DNA from: Leifsonia xyli
GTDB lineage: Bacteria > Actinomycetota > Actinomycetes > Actinomycetales > Microbacteriaceae
Direction of reading: 5' to 3'
DNA: 64,000 nucleotides
Assembly (NCBI GenBank): GCA_003243275.1
Contig: QFQR01000008.1
Location: forward strand, 11,618-75,617
This document shows positions 62,701 through 64,000 of this stretch, piece by piece. The notes under the pieces were generated by a model. That model made no database searches. It saw nothing but the letters and a program-made list of their open reading frames with translations, and was not told the origin of the DNA. A program made the translations under genes and the position numbers. Numbering within the stretch: the stretch's first letter is position 1; the number at the start of each line of letters is the position of its first letter.

Positions 62701-64000
62701 GTAGGGAACCGTCGTTCCGGGGTAGTGGTACCAGTCGAAGGCCGGGCCGAGGGCCGTGTACTCCTCGTTGGTGACCTGGATGGCGGTCGCGCCCGCCTTC
62801 GCCCACACCACCTCGTTGCCGACGTCGCGCCGCAGGGTGGAGCGGTACTCGCTGCCCACCGTCCGGCTCGAGTTGAGCGCCGTGAAGATGCCGTAGTCCT
62901 CGCGCACGTGCGAGAGGAACTCGGAGCGCCAGAAGTACTTGTCGCCGGTCTTGCCGGTGCCCTCGGTGGCGCCGCGGATGTTGGCGGCGAGCGCCCGGTA
63001 GTCGCGCGCGTAGAGCGCGTCGGCGCGCGCCATCTGGTCGAGCGGGGCCAGGAACTCGGCGCTGTAGCTGGTGACGCCGTCGATGGTCTTCGCCGGGCGG
63101 TAGAGCAGGTACAGCAGCCCGAACTCCTGCCGGATCATCCAGCGGGTGCCGTCGATGATGTAGAACGCGATCGTGTCGAGCTGGGCGCGGGTGAACGCGA
63201 GGCTCGTGCCGCGGGCGACATCCGCCCACATCGCCACCATCGTGAACAGGGCCATCCCGTAGCCCTCGCTGTAGAGCTGGGCGCCGTGGGCCCAGAAGCT
63301 CGCGTCGGGCTGTACGGCCTCCTGCACCGTGCCGGAGCCGTCGACCTCGACGGTCTGCACGAGGGTGGCGAAGCCGGTGGTGATCTTGGCGAAGTCGCGG
63401 GTGGCGACCGCCTCGAAGAGGTAGTTGGTGGTGCGCCAGGCGCCGTTCGCGCCGGCCGGGTCGAGCTTGCCGGTGTTGTGCTTCAGCGCGACGGCCATCG
63501 CGTCGGGGCTGAGCTCCGCGTCGAGGAAGATCGAGATGCGACCCATCGCGATCGACTCGCCGATCTCGGTCTCCCACCAGTTGCTGTTGCCGGGGTCGAC
63601 CGCGTCCCAGTAGAGGAGGGCGCGGTCGGATGCGGCGAGCACGGCGGGGTCGTTGTAGCCGTCGGCCTGCGGGTCGCGGTACGCCTGCGCGAGTGCCAGC
63701 ATCCGGTACAGGGCGATGTAGGCCGACCAGGTGGCGCCGTTCGCGGAGCTCGTGCGGTCGGCGTAGTTGACGTCCGACCAGGAGCCGTCGGGGTTCTGCG
63801 AGTCGACGTAGTCGAGCGCTTCCGAGGTGCGGGCGAGGTAGATGCCGTTGGCGATGATGACATCGTCGCCCTGGGCGAGGTAGTAGTCCTCGATGCGCGA
63901 GATCATCGTCGTCACGTCGTCGTCGGGGGTCGCGGCGGGTGCGGCGGATGCGGTCGAGGCGACGCCGGTCACGCCGAGCGTGAGCGCGAGGGCGGACGCG
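59764..64000 (-). CDS. cell-wall-anchored polysaccharide lyase family 8 protein with three F5/8 type C (discoidin) modules; N-terminus outside window
   Basis: PL8 blocks: NWWETEIG, FWAHGAQLYSEGYG and KSYFYFDDEMVALGAGI. There are three discoidin-like repeats (NLALG.PTTA...W..DLG...WE.EV), Ig-like and FIVAR-like segments, and a C-terminal LASTG motif plus a hydrophobic helix and RRRR (sortase signal). The frame stays open to nt 64000 through signal-peptide-like residues. Confidence 0.85.
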   Translation of the reverse strand, partial: ASALALTLGVTGVASTASAAPAATPDDDVTTMISRIEDYYLAQGDDVIIANGIYLARTSEALDYVDSQNPDGSWSDVNYADRTSSANGATWSAYIALYRMLALAQAYRDPQADGYNDPAVLAASDRALLYWDAVDPGNSNWWETEIGESIAMGRISIFLDAELSPDAMAVALKHNTGKLDPAGANGAWRTTNYLFEAVATRDFAKITTGFATLVQTVEVDGSGTVQEAVQPDASFWAHGAQLYSEGYGMALFTMVAMWADVARGTSLAFTRAQLDTIAFYIIDGTRWMIRQEFGLLYLLYRPAKTIDGVTSYSAEFLAPLDQMARADALYARDYRALAANIRGATEGTGKTGDKYFWRSEFLSHVREDYGIFTALNSSRTVGSEYRSTLRRDVGNEVVWAKAGATAIQVTNEEYTALGPAFDWYHYPGTTVPYVKETTLGSAGRSGNGGSFTGGVSDGRYSVAVHSLDRASTQAQKSYFYFDDEMVALGAGIRSTNAAPIHTTINQVAAKDNASVDGRAVAAGTDAKLVTNPGWAYNDKVGYVFPTRGAVTVSNKTQTGSYYGEQAQSADAFTLYLDHGVAPTDAGYEYIVLPAASAEETRSYAANPAVTTLRNDTSVQAVRHAGLKRTMATFYRAGSLDLGDGRTLTVSSPAIVMLDESGAAPVVSISNPSQPGLLVDVTLNGAGTAQRGTFVLGSGANLGKTVTAALVADDSNGSAYSASGSSAGHGPSLAGDADSATFWQSAGELPWLRAQLPAGSFATGVDIAWGAEFATRYLVQTSVDGITWVDQKLVQDGAGGDERVQFPATAASYVRVVMLAGASAYSVRELAVSSSVNLALGKPTTASDGTAPDSATDGNLNSRWIADRTGSPDTAWLQVDLGAVTPISAVRLWWEASYASRYKIQVSDNGTSWRDAYTTPAAGDGGMDLVAVNASGRYVRMQTVARALAYGVSLWEFEVFDTDAVLRAPVASGRVNLALGQPTTADSVYNNLTNIVAPMATDGSLTTKWSSSRPTGAAPYTNENWLRVDLGRVRSVSQAVIDWESGNSVDYRVEGSIDGLNWTELRRVQNTGTANHRRDTVDFASAQLRYLRVIGAPATKYGLNIWELEVYGGYSLGCVAPVTAQRGGTAVVQATISPIDANDTFTATSLDPAVAAVVGSPRVDGSGRIEFDLAAGAAGRTSIVISHGNGDEFVACPVTVAVDTAALQQLVDRADALDSTRYTAASWAPLIPALEAAKAALAASGSTQAQIDAAAVALGSALDALAEPGTPTIETSGALVAGGRITVTGTAFEPGTAITVELHSDPVVLGTTTVGAGGAFSLAATIPAGTPAGQHSLVVLAGGTQLATLAVTIRAAVDGGGGTGTGPAGPGTRPLASTGLDAAGIWMGGAAAALLLAAGIVLVTVRRRRSQH

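Overview
This window is 64 kb of a high-GC (about 70% by eye) actinobacterial chromosome. The gene style, including an LAxTG-type surface anchor, resembles Microbacteriaceae, but that placement is inference. I support about 75 protein-coding genes on both strands. They are tightly packed and often translationally coupled by ATGA/GTGA/TGATG overlaps. I recognised no rRNA, tRNA, CRISPR array, transposase, integrase or reverse transcriptase.

Gene content:
- Housekeeping: proC, tadA, upp, psuG plus a PfkB kinase, photolyase, dps, a UbiB-type kinase, and NAD(P)HX dehydratase.
- Glyoxylate shunt: aceA-aceB plus a coupled adk-like gene, facing a RamB-type regulator.
- Beta-glucoside locus: GH1, solute-binding protein (SBP), two permeases, GH5 and a ROK regulator.
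- Mannoside-phosphorylase locus: GH130, two permeases, LacI and a PMM-like HAD.
- A cell-wall-anchored PL8 polysaccharide lyase, truncated by the window edge.
- A PadR-DUF1048-ABC efflux operon and an Nramp module.
- Three type II toxin-antitoxin pairs: ParE-like, VapBC and MazEF.
- Many small regulators (MarR, TetR, PadR, XRE).

The most system-like and least expected content is at 13.1-21.8 kb. Two divergent operons there together encode homologues of every step of the peroxisome-type ether-lipid pathway. One operon carries an SDR, a PlsC-type acyltransferase and an AGPS homologue. The other carries a FAR-HAD fusion, a pair of ferritin-like proteins (one intact di-iron, one degenerate) and a His-bearing membrane protein.

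Other points worth a second look:
- A bacterial calpain-like protease with an insertion inside the catalytic domain.
- An AT-rich 230-bp non-coding island with a minus-strand terminator and no gene, which is a candidate sRNA.
- A family of very long perfect hairpins.
- A three-way structured leader upstream of a TauE gene.
- TTTATCC repeated three times at exact 23-bp spacing.
- Striking frame-independent over-representation of GCATCCG/CGGATGC across the whole window.

All functional calls come from motif recognition by eye. No database search was run.
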